Assembly: GCF_014396165.1 (NCBI RefSeq)
Contig: NZ_CP060715.1
Coordinates: forward strand, 1,320,001 to 1,352,000
DNA from: Erysipelothrix inopinata
GTDB taxonomy: Bacteria; Bacillota_I; Bacilli_A; Erysipelotrichales; Erysipelotrichaceae
Direction: 5' to 3'
DNA length: 32,000 nt
Under the pieces are notes generated by a model that did not search any database, had not been told where the DNA came from, and worked only from the letters and a program-made list of their open reading frames with translations. A program made the translations under genes and the position numbers. Positions within the stretch are counted from its first letter, which is position 1. Each line of letters starts with the position of its first letter. Below, in pieces: positions 1 through 9,356 of this stretch.

Positions 1-1
1 G

Positions 2-364
2 AAGATTGGTAAAGAAAATATTTTTGGTCTTCTTGAAGCAATTACAGAGTATGTAAATCAAAGTGCAGTAACTTTGGAGCAACAAGAAGCACGTCTAAAA
101 CCTTTCAATGAGGCAATCAATGAATTAGCTGTATGTCATGCTAAAACTGTACAAGACGGTGCGGGAAGACCTATCCTGAGAAGTCAAATTCAATTTGATG
201 AATCGGTAGATATGGATAAATTATCCCAAGGAATGAAGGCAGCACCCATTAGAATTTACACTCGAGATTACCGAATCAATGAAAATATAATTGAAATAGA
301 TATCAGAGATGTTTCTGAGGAAGAACTTGATATCATCACAAATCAAATAAAAGAAAATATATAG
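2..364 (+). CDS. 3' fragment of a SelA-like/DgaE-like PLP-dependent enzyme (5' end lies outside the window)
   Basis: Frame 2 is open from the window edge (KIGKENIFGLLEAITEYVNQS...) to TAG 362-364, so the TTG at 74 in the ORF track is internal. The K-x-GKE-I-x-GLL segment resembles the C-terminal region of SelA/DgaE-type enzymes. It lies 10 nt upstream of a KDGP-aldolase-family gene. Confidence 0.4.
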   Translation, partial: KIGKENIFGLLEAITEYVNQSAVTLEQQEARLKPFNEAINELAVCHAKTVQDGAGRPILRSQIQFDESVDMDKLSQGMKAAPIRIYTRDYRINENIIEIDIRDVSEEELDIITNQIKENI

Positions 365-374
365 GGAGATTAAA

Positions 375-1109
375 ATGGAAGCAAATTTTTTAAATAATCG
401 TATTTGTTTAAATGTACTGGGAAATAGCTTGGAAAATGCTATTGATATTTATAAAGCAGCGGAAGGTCATGTTCTTGTAGGTCTTTTATCTAAGAATTAT
501 GAAACTGTTGATCTTGCAGTTGCGGATATGAAACGTGTTGCCGATCGTATTGATAATCATGTTTCAGTAGGCTTGGGTGCAGGAGATCCAAAACAATGGA
601 AAATGGTTGCGGAAATATCACAACAAGTTCAACCTATTCACGTCAACCAAGTTGCGACAGCAACTGGCTATACACGTGCATTACTTGGACAAGATGAAAC
701 CATCGTCAACAGTTTAATTTCTCCGACGGGACGCGTTGGGTATGTTAATGTTGCAACAGGTCCTCTGAGCTGCCAAGAAGTACAGGCTGAAGTTCCTGTA
801 GATACAGCGATTGAAATGCTAAAAGACATGGGAGCAAGCTCGGTCAAGTTTTTCCCAATGAGAGGTTTGGAAACTGTTGAAGAGTATCGAGCAGTGTGTG
901 AAGCATGTGTTCGTCATGACTTTATGATGGAACCTACAGGCGGCATTGATTTAGAAAACTTTGAAGAAATCGTGACGATTGCCTTGAATGCAGGAGTTAA
1001 ACGTGTGATTCCTCATGTTTATTCTTCAATTATCGATCCAGTAACTAAGGATACACGTCCAGAAGATGTAACAACGTTATATGAAATTATGAAGCGAGTG
1101 AGCCAATGA
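375..1109 (+). CDS. KDGP-aldolase family protein (former DUF1341; DgaF-like oxo-acid lyase)
   Basis: 244-aa ORF with a GGGAGA RBS 5 nt upstream. Its size and the VGLGAGDP / VKFFPM / MEPTGGI segments fit what I recall of the KDGP_aldolase family. Its stop overlaps the start of the next gene (ATGA at 1106-1109). Confidence 0.5.
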   Translation: MEANFLNNRICLNVLGNSLENAIDIYKAAEGHVLVGLLSKNYETVDLAVADMKRVADRIDNHVSVGLGAGDPKQWKMVAEISQQVQPIHVNQVATATGYTRALLGQDETIVNSLISPTGRVGYVNVATGPLSCQEVQAEVPVDTAIEMLKDMGASSVKFFPMRGLETVEEYRAVCEACVRHDFMMEPTGGIDLENFEEIVTIALNAGVKRVIPHVYSSIIDPVTKDTRPEDVTTLYEIMKRVSQ

Positions 1110-2101
1110 AACGGGTCCTCGCTTTTGGCGAAGTAATGATGCGTTTAGGTGTACCAGACCACAAATTACTTCAACAGACTTCACAACTTGATTACTTATT
1201 CTCAGGAACTGGCGTGAATATTCTTTCGGGATTATCACATATGGGACATGAGACATTTATAATTACAGCATTACCTGATAATCGTGTAGGGAATGTTGCG
1301 ACGGGAAAACTGCGAGAAATGGGAATTGGAACTGAAATGATTCAATACGAAGGTGATCATATCGGGATTTATATTCTTGAAACAGGGTATGGTGCCAGAC
1401 CGTCTCAAGTTACCTATCTTAATCGGTCGATGAGTAGTTTTGCCACCTATGATTACAGTGGAAAAATTAAAGATTTTGATACGATGTTTATGGATGTGGA
1501 AATGCTTCATATCTGTGGCATTGCTCTAATACATGACAATACCTATAAAATGGCACTAAAATTGGTTGATGAAGCAAAAATTAGAAATGTGAAAGTAGTA
1601 TTTGATTGCAATTATCGTGCAAGTCTTTGGGGAAATCGTGATCCTCAAGACGTTTCGAAAATGTATCGATCTTTATTTGAAAATGCGGATATCGTGTTTG
1701 CGAGCTATCGCGACTTTGCCCTTCATGCACCAGATATTGTGAAAGACTGTGATGAAGAAGAAGCGATGTTTAGAGTTCAAGAAGCATTTAAAATTGAATA
1801 CTTATGTCATACTAACCGCAATTTAGAAACTCAGGAAATTGAAGGCTGTCTGTATGTAAATCAAAAGAAATATACCAGTGACAGCTATAAATTGGAAATC
1901 CTAGATCGCGTGGGCGGTGGTGATGGATTTGCTTTAGGGATTCTTCACGGTATTTTGGAAAACTATGATATAGAAACTTGTGTGGAGTTTGGAATTGGTG
2001 CAGCGGTACTTGCCCATACGACTTATGGTGACCCATTTGTGAATGACACCAAAAGTGTATTTAATGTTATAAATAAATATAAACTCGACTTAATAAGGTA
2101 A
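1106..2101 (+). CDS. PfkB-family sugar kinase, 2-dehydro-3-deoxygluconokinase-like
   Basis: The N-terminal FGEVMMRL and C-terminal DRVGGGDGFALGILHG (PfkB signature 2, catalytic Asp) are typical of KdgK-like kinases. It is translationally coupled to the upstream aldolase-family gene. Confidence 0.7.
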   Translation: MKRVLAFGEVMMRLGVPDHKLLQQTSQLDYLFSGTGVNILSGLSHMGHETFIITALPDNRVGNVATGKLREMGIGTEMIQYEGDHIGIYILETGYGARPSQVTYLNRSMSSFATYDYSGKIKDFDTMFMDVEMLHICGIALIHDNTYKMALKLVDEAKIRNVKVVFDCNYRASLWGNRDPQDVSKMYRSLFENADIVFASYRDFALHAPDIVKDCDEEEAMFRVQEAFKIEYLCHTNRNLETQEIEGCLYVNQKKYTSDSYKLEILDRVGGGDGFALGILHGILENYDIETCVEFGIGAAVLAHTTYGDPFVNDTKSVFNVINKYKLDLIR

Positions 2102-2255
2102 TTTTGTGAAATTGGTATGAAAATATCCAAACAGTTGTAGGTTTTCACTTCTTTTAATAAATCATCTAGTGTATTATTTGGATACCGCATCAATAGGTGC
2201 TTAAAGTAGCATATTAAAGGCTAGAGAATGATTTGTGAAAGCGAGGAAGCAAATT

Positions 2256-3128
2256 ATGAAACTGAGTTCGAAGCGAAAACTAGGGATAGTTTCAATTGTT
2301 ACATTATTAATGATTTCTGTGATATGGGGAGCAAATGTTTATCGCCGTTCTAATGACTTTGTAGCGCGCGCTCATGAACTTGATCAAGCTAGCACATCCA
2401 ACAATGTTTTGGATGCTGAATCGCGATTAGAAACAAAAGATTCAGATGTATTAGAAATCGAAGATAAAGATATTATTACAACTCGCGAATATACAGAAAC
2501 AGTGACAATCGAATACAAAGAAGAAATTATAGAAGAAGCATCAATCTATGCAAATGAATCCTATACGAAACAAAATGGATCAAATGGTAGCAAAGAGGTA
2601 ACTTATCTAGAAACATCAACAAATGGTGAAGTAACAGATACTGAAGTTATTTCCGAATCAATCACCCTAAATCCTGTGACCAAAGTTTATGTTAAAGGTA
2701 CTAAAGTAAAACCCGCTTCAGTTGAAAAAGTAAATGCGCCTACTGAAAATAAAACAGAAGGATCATACGATGAGGCATTGGCGAAAGCGATGCACCACGC
2801 AATTAATATTGAACGAAGAAGTCAAGAGCTTGCTCCAATTAGCTGGTCAAATCAACTTTACACTGCTGCAAAAACTAGGGCACAAGAAATCTCGGTTCGC
2901 TTTGAACATGTTCGACCCGATGGCAGTTCATGGGATAGTGTAAACCCTGATATCGTATATGCAGAAAATCTTGCAACCAAAGCATATTCTGTTGAAAGTG
3001 CGATGAAAGCACTCATGAAATCTGAAACACATAAAGAAAATATTCTCTCACCATTTCCAAAGGGAGCATCCGCAATTTATAAATTGGATGATAACCATTG
3101 GTATTGGGTTCAACTCTATGGATACTAA
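2256..3128 (+). CDS. Membrane-anchored or secreted protein with a G5 domain and a C-terminal CAP/SCP (YkwD-like) domain
   Basis: I prefer ATG 2256 (GAGGAA RBS at 2243-2248) to the GTG at 2235. It has an N-terminal hydrophobic helix (LGIVSIVTLLMISVIWG). A G5-like segment ends in VTKVYVKGTK. CAP-domain motifs include AINIERRSQELAPISWSNQL and KSETHKENIL. A terminator follows. Confidence 0.7.
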   Translation: MKLSSKRKLGIVSIVTLLMISVIWGANVYRRSNDFVARAHELDQASTSNNVLDAESRLETKDSDVLEIEDKDIITTREYTETVTIEYKEEIIEEASIYANESYTKQNGSNGSKEVTYLETSTNGEVTDTEVISESITLNPVTKVYVKGTKVKPASVEKVNAPTENKTEGSYDEALAKAMHHAINIERRSQELAPISWSNQLYTAAKTRAQEISVRFEHVRPDGSSWDSVNPDIVYAENLATKAYSVESAMKALMKSETHKENILSPFPKGASAIYKLDDNHWYWVQLYGY

Positions 3129-3136
3129 GAACTTCT

Positions 3137-3166
3137 AAGGAACAGTAAAACTGTTCCTTTTACTTT
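3137..3166 (+). terminator. Rho-independent terminator after the G5-CAP gene
   Basis: AAGGAACAG (3137-3145) pairs with CTGTTCCTT (3151-3159) around a 5-nt loop, followed by a T-rich tail. Confidence 0.75.
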
Positions 3167-3259
3167 GTGGGTTTCATTAAATAAAGCTTGATAAAAAGAG
3201 GAGATTATACCACATCAAATAAAAAATGTGTTAGAATTAAAGAGTATGAAAGGAAACGT

Positions 3260-3895
3260 ATGAATAACTATTATGATGCATGCATTGCAGATATTGAACG
3301 TCATATTAAAGACGGTAAATACGAAGATGCGAAATATCTATTAAGACAAGAATTATCGATGCCATATATTCCACAGGATGTCCAAAATAAATTGGAAGAG
3401 CTCTCACAAATTGTGATGGTTGAAAATCGTAGTGGAACAAATTATTACGATGACATCTATGAAATTGAGAATGCTTTACACGGTAACCAACAGAATCAAA
3501 TTAAAGCATTGTTATCACTTGAACGTCTCAATATTCATCCTAATTTTGAATTGTTGAAAGAGTGGTTAGTTTCTGACTCGTTTGAAAAATGGGTTAAGCA
3601 ACAATTGCTTGTAATTATGATGAGTCAGAATGTAACTGAGGAAGTTACAGTAATGATGGATGGAGAAACATACTGTCTGGTTCCTTCAAAAATTGAAAGT
3701 CCTTTAGAACAAGAAGCATATTGCGAGTGTCTCAATGAACTCAAACAAGTGTTTGAGTCGGAAAACCCAAGTATGCTTATTCTATGTCAAGAAGTTCTTG
3801 AAGCAATCGTATGGGATCAATTTCCCAACCAAGTCAACAACGTAGATGCAAACGAGATCATCAAGAGCGTCAACGACTACTTGGAACAACAGTAA
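3260..3895 (+). CDS. Hypothetical helical protein, possibly the DUF3196-like family found upstream of tig in Mollicutes
   Basis: I prefer ATG 3260 (MNNYYDACIADIERH...) to the TTG at 3188. It has no signal peptide or TM segment and no motif I can assign. The family suggestion rests only on recalled synteny and size. Confidence 0.5.
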   Translation: MNNYYDACIADIERHIKDGKYEDAKYLLRQELSMPYIPQDVQNKLEELSQIVMVENRSGTNYYDDIYEIENALHGNQQNQIKALLSLERLNIHPNFELLKEWLVSDSFEKWVKQQLLVIMMSQNVTEEVTVMMDGETYCLVPSKIESPLEQEAYCECLNELKQVFESENPSMLILCQEVLEAIVWDQFPNQVNNVDANEIIKSVNDYLEQQ

Positions 3896-3903
3896 TTTAA
3901 GTT

Positions 3904-3930
3904 TTAGCACTCAATTGTTGACTGTGCTAA
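3904..3930 (+). promoter_or_regulatory. CIRCE-like inverted repeat (putative HrcA operator)
   Basis: TTAGCACTC-aattgttga-CTGTGCTAA compared with the consensus TTAGCACTC-N9-GAGTGCTAA. The left arm matches 9/9, the spacer is exactly 9 nt, and the right arm matches 7/9. It overlaps the -35 of the tig promoter. Confidence 0.7.
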
Positions 3931-3945
3931 ATATTGTGTTATAAT
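3918..3945 (+). promoter_or_regulatory. Sigma-A promoter of tig
   Basis: TTGACT (3918-3923), a 16-nt spacer, then TGtTATAAT (3937-3945, extended -10). The AGGAGG RBS and tig ATG follow about 20 nt downstream. Confidence 0.75.
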
Positions 3946-3967
3946 AGTAAAGTACTAGGAGGAAAAC

Positions 3968-5242
3968 ATGAAATCTACATGGACATTAAATGAAAACTCA
4001 ACAGGTTTATTAACAGTTGAAGTTGACGAAAAAGCTTGGAAAAAAGCACAAGAAAAAGCACTTGAGGAACTAACAAAGGACGTTGAAGTTCAAGGATTCC
4101 GTAAAGGGCAAGCTCCTACAAAATTAGCTCGTAAACAATTAGGCGATACAAAAATTTTAATGGAAGCAATGGATATGATTGCAAACGAAGCATTTGTTGC
4201 TGGTATGCTTGAAACAAAAATTGAACCAGTTGCTACACCTGAATTAGATATTGAAGTTATTACTGAAGATGCATTAACTCTTAAGTTTAACGTTACAATC
4301 AAACCAGATGTAGAATTAGGCGAATACAAAGGTATTAAAGTAGAAGCTAACGACGTAACAGTTTCTGATGAAGATGTTGCTGCTGAACTTGAAAAATTAA
4401 GAGAAGAACAAGCAGAACTTCATGTTAAAGAAACAGGCGCAGTAGAAAACGGCGATACAGTTGTAATCGACTTTGAAGGATTTAAAGATGAAGAAGCATT
4501 TGAAGGTGGAAAAGGCGAAAACTATTCCCTTGAAATTGGTTCAAATTCATTTATCCCAGGATTTGAAGAAGCACTTATTGGTTTAGAATCAGGTGCTGAA
4601 AAAGACTTAGACATTACATTCCCAGAAACATACCACGTTGAAGACTTAAAAGGTCAACCAGTTGTTTTCAAAGTTACTGTACACGAAATTAAAACACGTG
4701 TATTACCAGAATTAAATGATGAATTCGTTGAATTACTCGATGATGAATCAGTAACAACATTAGACGAATTAAAAGAAACAATTCGCACAAACTTAGAAGC
4801 ACAACGTAAACAAATCGAAGAAGATCGCGTTAATGATGAATTAATGCAAACAGTTGCAAGCAATGCAAAAATCGATATTCCTGCAGCGATGATTGAAGAA
4901 GAAGTTAACCAAATGTTTAACGAATTCAACCAACGTTTAGCACAACAAGGAATGAACTTTGATTTCTATTCACAAATCTTAGGTCAAACTGAAGAAGATG
5001 TTAAGGGTCAAATGAGAGAAGATGCAGAAAAACGCGTTCGTACTCGTTTAACACTTGAAAAAATTGCTGAAGTGGAAAACTTAAAAGTTTCTGAAGAAGA
5101 AATTGAACAAGAATTCAATGAGATTTCTGAAATGTATGGAATTGAGTTAGAACAAATTAAAAACTTAGTTTCTCCTGAGGCTGTAAGTTACGATGTATTA
5201 CTTCGTAAAGCAGTTGAATTAGTTAAAGAATCTCAGGCTTAA
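3968..5242 (+). CDS. tig: Trigger factor (ribosome-associated PPIase chaperone)
   Basis: It has the ribosome-binding signature GFRKGQAP, a central FKBP domain (GDTVVIDFEGF...GSNSFIPGFEEALIG), a typical 424-aa length and a strong RBS. Confidence 0.95.
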   Translation: MKSTWTLNENSTGLLTVEVDEKAWKKAQEKALEELTKDVEVQGFRKGQAPTKLARKQLGDTKILMEAMDMIANEAFVAGMLETKIEPVATPELDIEVITEDALTLKFNVTIKPDVELGEYKGIKVEANDVTVSDEDVAAELEKLREEQAELHVKETGAVENGDTVVIDFEGFKDEEAFEGGKGENYSLEIGSNSFIPGFEEALIGLESGAEKDLDITFPETYHVEDLKGQPVVFKVTVHEIKTRVLPELNDEFVELLDDESVTTLDELKETIRTNLEAQRKQIEEDRVNDELMQTVASNAKIDIPAAMIEEEVNQMFNEFNQRLAQQGMNFDFYSQILGQTEEDVKGQMREDAEKRVRTRLTLEKIAEVENLKVSEEEIEQEFNEISEMYGIELEQIKNLVSPEAVSYDVLLRKAVELVKESQA

Positions 5243-5247
5243 AAAAG

Positions 5248-5269
5248 AGACGCTAAGCGCGTCTTTTTT
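5248..5269 (+). terminator. Rho-independent terminator or attenuator between tig and lon
   Basis: AGACGC (5248-5253) pairs with GCGTCT (5259-5264) around a 5-nt loop, with a T-run through 5269. Only about 22 nt, containing the lon RBS, separate it from the lon ATG. Confidence 0.7.
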
Positions 5270-5291
5270 ATCCTAAAAAAGGAGGATTGCT

Positions 5292-7604
5292 ATGAGCGAA
5301 ACAAATAAAATGAATGTTCCGGTCGTCGCGACACGTGGTGTCGTGGTCTTCCCAGAACAAGATATTATGATTGAAGTTGGCCGACACAAGAGCATGAATG
5401 CAATTGATGAAGCCGAAAAATATTTTAATGGACATCTCGTGTTAGTGAGTCAACGTGATATTCTTGTTGATGATCCAACAACAGAAGATCTCTATACTGT
5501 GGGATCACTTGTTCATGTTAAATCAGTAAAAAGAAAACAAGGATTCTTAAGAGTAACATTTTCTGGTCTTCAAAGAGTCAAAATTGATTCTATTAATGAT
5601 GATGGAAAAATGTTATTTGGTGGTGTGACATTACTTGATGATGTCATGGGTGATGAAAATGAAGAACTTGCTCTCATTCGTCGTATTACGAGTGAAATAG
5701 AACAAGTATCAATTCAAAACATCACCATTCCAACAGAACTTGTTAATCAATTGACGATGGGTATTTCTGCACAACAATTGAGTGATCAATTTGCTCAGTA
5801 TTTCCCTCTTCAAATTGAAAGAAAACAAGCTCTACTTGAAGAGCTGCGTGTTAATGAGCGACTCATGATTGTCTTAGAAGAAATGCAACGTGAACAAGCG
5901 CTTGCTAAAATTGAAAATACAATTAATGAAAAAGTTAAAGATCGTGTTGAAGAAAATCAACGTGAATACTACTTGCGTGAAAAAATGCGTGCAATTCGTG
6001 AAGAACTTGGCGATGTCAGTGATACGGGTGAAGATGTTGATGAATTCCGTGAATTGATCGAAAACAACCCATATCCAGATTTCGTTAAAGAAAAAGCGCT
6101 TGAGGAATTACGCCGATATGAAATGTTGCCACAAGCAGCTGGAGAATCGGGAGTAGTTCGTACTTACCTAGAATGGTTATTAAAAACACCATGGTGGCAA
6201 GAAACCGAAGATGTAGAAAATCTTAATACGGTTAGAGAGAGCCTCGATGCAGATCATTTTGGGCTTGAAAAAGTTAAAGATCGTATCATGGAATATCTCG
6301 CAGTTAAGAGTATGACAGGAAACTTGAATGCTCCTATCTTGTGTCTTGTAGGTCCTCCAGGAGTTGGTAAGACATCCCTAGCTAAGTCAATTGCTGATTC
6401 ACTTGGACGTGAGTTTGTTAAAGCATCAGTAGGTGGTGTACGAGATGAAGCGGAAATCCGTGGACACCGTCGTACATACTTAGGCGCTTTACCTGGACGT
6501 ATTATTCAAGGAATGAAAAAAGCAGGAGTTGTTAACCCTGTATTCCTTATTGATGAAATCGATAAGATGGCATCAGACTATAAGGGAGATCCTTCAAGTG
6601 CAATGTTAGAAGTACTTGATCCTGAACAAAATAAAATGTTCAGTGATAACTACTTGGAAGAACCTTATGACTTATCGAAAGTTATGTTTGTTGCAACAGC
6701 TAACTATTTAGGTGATATTCCTGAGGCACTTCGTGATCGTCTTGAAATTATCCAACTCAGTTCATATACTGAAGAAGAAAAATTAAATATTGCGAAAGAA
6801 CACTTAATTCCAAAGCAATTAAAAGAGAATGGATTGAAGAAATCTCAATTCAAGATGAGTGATGCACAATTACGTTACATTATTCGTCACTACACTCGTG
6901 AAGCGGGCGTTCGTCAGTTAGAACGTGTTATCGCATCACTTTGCCGTAAGACTGTTCTCGCAATCCTTAAAGATGGTGAGAAATCCGTTACCATCAATAA
7001 AGAATTGATTACAAAATGGTTAGGACAAACAATCTTTGAGTATGGACAAAAAGAACGCAAAGATCAAGTTGGAGTTGTTACAGGGCTTGCTTATACACAA
7101 TTTGGTGGTGATGTACTTCCTATCGAAGTCACAACCTTTGAAGGTAAAGGCAGACTTATCGTCACAGGACAACTTGGTGATGTTATGAAAGAATCATCAG
7201 AAATTGCATTTGGTTATGTTAAATCACATGCAAAGGAATTAGGAATTGCATCTGACTTCTTTGAAAAGAATGATGTTCAAGTTCACGTTCCTGAAGGAGC
7301 TGTACCAAAAGATGGTCCTTCTGCCGGTGTTACATTTACAACAGCACTTATTTCTGCGCTTACAAACCGTAAAGTTGATGCAAATATTGCAATGACAGGT
7401 GAAATTACACTTCGTGGTAACGTTCTACCTATTGGTGGTCTTAAAGAGAAATCTTTAGCTGCACACCGTGTAGGAATTAAACGAATCGCAATCCCTAAAC
7501 TTAACGAAAAAGACATGGATGAACTTCCAGAAATTGTAAAAGAAAGTATTGAATTTATCCCATGTTCTACAATTGATCAAGTTCTTAAAGAGGCACTCAT
7601 ATAA
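5292..7604 (+). CDS. lon: ATP-dependent Lon protease (LonA type)
   Basis: It has an N-terminal LON domain, Walker A GPPGVGKTS, and a proteolytic domain with the catalytic-Ser motif PKDGPSAG. Length is 770 aa. Confidence 0.95.
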   Translation: MSETNKMNVPVVATRGVVVFPEQDIMIEVGRHKSMNAIDEAEKYFNGHLVLVSQRDILVDDPTTEDLYTVGSLVHVKSVKRKQGFLRVTFSGLQRVKIDSINDDGKMLFGGVTLLDDVMGDENEELALIRRITSEIEQVSIQNITIPTELVNQLTMGISAQQLSDQFAQYFPLQIERKQALLEELRVNERLMIVLEEMQREQALAKIENTINEKVKDRVEENQREYYLREKMRAIREELGDVSDTGEDVDEFRELIENNPYPDFVKEKALEELRRYEMLPQAAGESGVVRTYLEWLLKTPWWQETEDVENLNTVRESLDADHFGLEKVKDRIMEYLAVKSMTGNLNAPILCLVGPPGVGKTSLAKSIADSLGREFVKASVGGVRDEAEIRGHRRTYLGALPGRIIQGMKKAGVVNPVFLIDEIDKMASDYKGDPSSAMLEVLDPEQNKMFSDNYLEEPYDLSKVMFVATANYLGDIPEALRDRLEIIQLSSYTEEEKLNIAKEHLIPKQLKENGLKKSQFKMSDAQLRYIIRHYTREAGVRQLERVIASLCRKTVLAILKDGEKSVTINKELITKWLGQTIFEYGQKERKDQVGVVTGLAYTQFGGDVLPIEVTTFEGKGRLIVTGQLGDVMKESSEIAFGYVKSHAKELGIASDFFEKNDVQVHVPEGAVPKDGPSAGVTFTTALISALTNRKVDANIAMTGEITLRGNVLPIGGLKEKSLAAHRVGIKRIAIPKLNEKDMDELPEIVKESIEFIPCSTIDQVLKEALI

Positions 7605-8182
7605 TGGCTTGGAATACACAGGATGCGCATCTGATAATATCGGCTGCGCATGCTTCTCAATTTCCTGAGACACATCAAAAAGAAATCGTGATGGTAGGGA
7701 AATCAAACGTTGGGAAGTCATCCATCATTAATGCGTTGACTAACCGTAAGAAACTTGCCTATGTAGGTCAAAGACCTGGTAAAACACGTCTGATTAACTT
7801 CTATCATATCAATGATAGCTTATTGTTAACTGACGTACCGGGATATGGATTTGCAAACCGTTCAAAGAAAGAACAAGCTGATTATGGCATTTTAATGGAT
7901 GGCTATTTTGAACTAAGACATCCAAGTATTATGATGATCCTTGTAGATATCCGACGAGGTATTGCTGGTGAAGATGAAATGATGATTGAATTTGCTGAAT
8001 ACAATAAAATTGATTATTGCATTGTTCTTACAAAAACGGATAAATTGTCCAACAGTAAGATAGTAAGTACAAAACGAAAAATTGAAAATAACTATCTCGT
8101 TCCTGTATTTACATTTTCATCGTTAAAAAATGAAACTGTCGAACCTATTATCGAAGGTCTTCAGGATATGTTGGATCGATAA
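7604..8182 (+). CDS. engB: Ribosome-biogenesis GTPase YsxC/EngB (YihA)
   Basis: G1 motif GKSNVGKSS, G3 DVPGYG and G4 TKTDK are present. The start overlaps the lon stop (TAATG). The lon-ysxC order matches Bacillus. Confidence 0.9.
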   Translation: MAWNTQDAHLIISAAHASQFPETHQKEIVMVGKSNVGKSSIINALTNRKKLAYVGQRPGKTRLINFYHINDSLLLTDVPGYGFANRSKKEQADYGILMDGYFELRHPSIMMILVDIRRGIAGEDEMMIEFAEYNKIDYCIVLTKTDKLSNSKIVSTKRKIENNYLVPVFTFSSLKNETVEPIIEGLQDMLDR

Positions 8183-8196
8183 CAACTAAATTTTCT

Positions 8197-8228
8197 AAAG
8201 GTTTCCATATTATTTGGAAACCTTTTTA
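8197..8228 (+). terminator. Rho-independent terminator after engB
   Basis: AAAGGTTTCC (8197-8206) pairs with GGAAACCTTT (8216-8225), followed by a T-run. Confidence 0.85.
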
Positions 8229-8268
8229 TATCTTTATGAGTAAAATAATAGTGTTGAGAGTTAAAAGT

Positions 8269-8297
8269 TTACTAAAATTTACTTAGGTGCTATAATC
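8269..8297 (+). promoter_or_regulatory. Candidate promoter of the LacI-family regulator gene
   Basis: TTTACT (8269-8274), a 17-nt spacer, then TATAAT (8292-8297) preceded by TGc (extended -10). Two (G/A)TTTACT half-sites 10 bp apart overlap it. Confidence 0.55.
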
Positions 8298-8304
8298 TAG
8301 TTAA

Positions 8305-9324
<1,020 letters not shown>

Positions 9325-9327
9325 CAG

Positions 9328-9356
9328 TTGACAAAAGCGCTTACATATTCTAATAT
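9328..9356 (+). promoter_or_regulatory. Sigma-A promoter of the mgl-gal operon
   Basis: TTGACA (9328-9333), a 17-nt spacer, then TAATAT (9351-9356). Confidence 0.75.
9331..9346 (-). promoter_or_regulatory. cre-like catabolite-responsive element (putative CcpA site)
   Basis: The minus strand reads aTGTAAGCGCTTTTGt. Against WTGNAANCGNWNNCW it matches every position except the penultimate C. It sits in the spacer of the mgl promoter. Confidence 0.55.

Noticed and set aside
2102-2150. The hairpin GTGAAA...TTTCAC after the kinase gene, considered as an operon terminator.
   Set aside because: It has only a 6-bp stem with a loop of about 30 nt and a weak T tail, which is too weak to call. No promoter for the following gene could be supported either.
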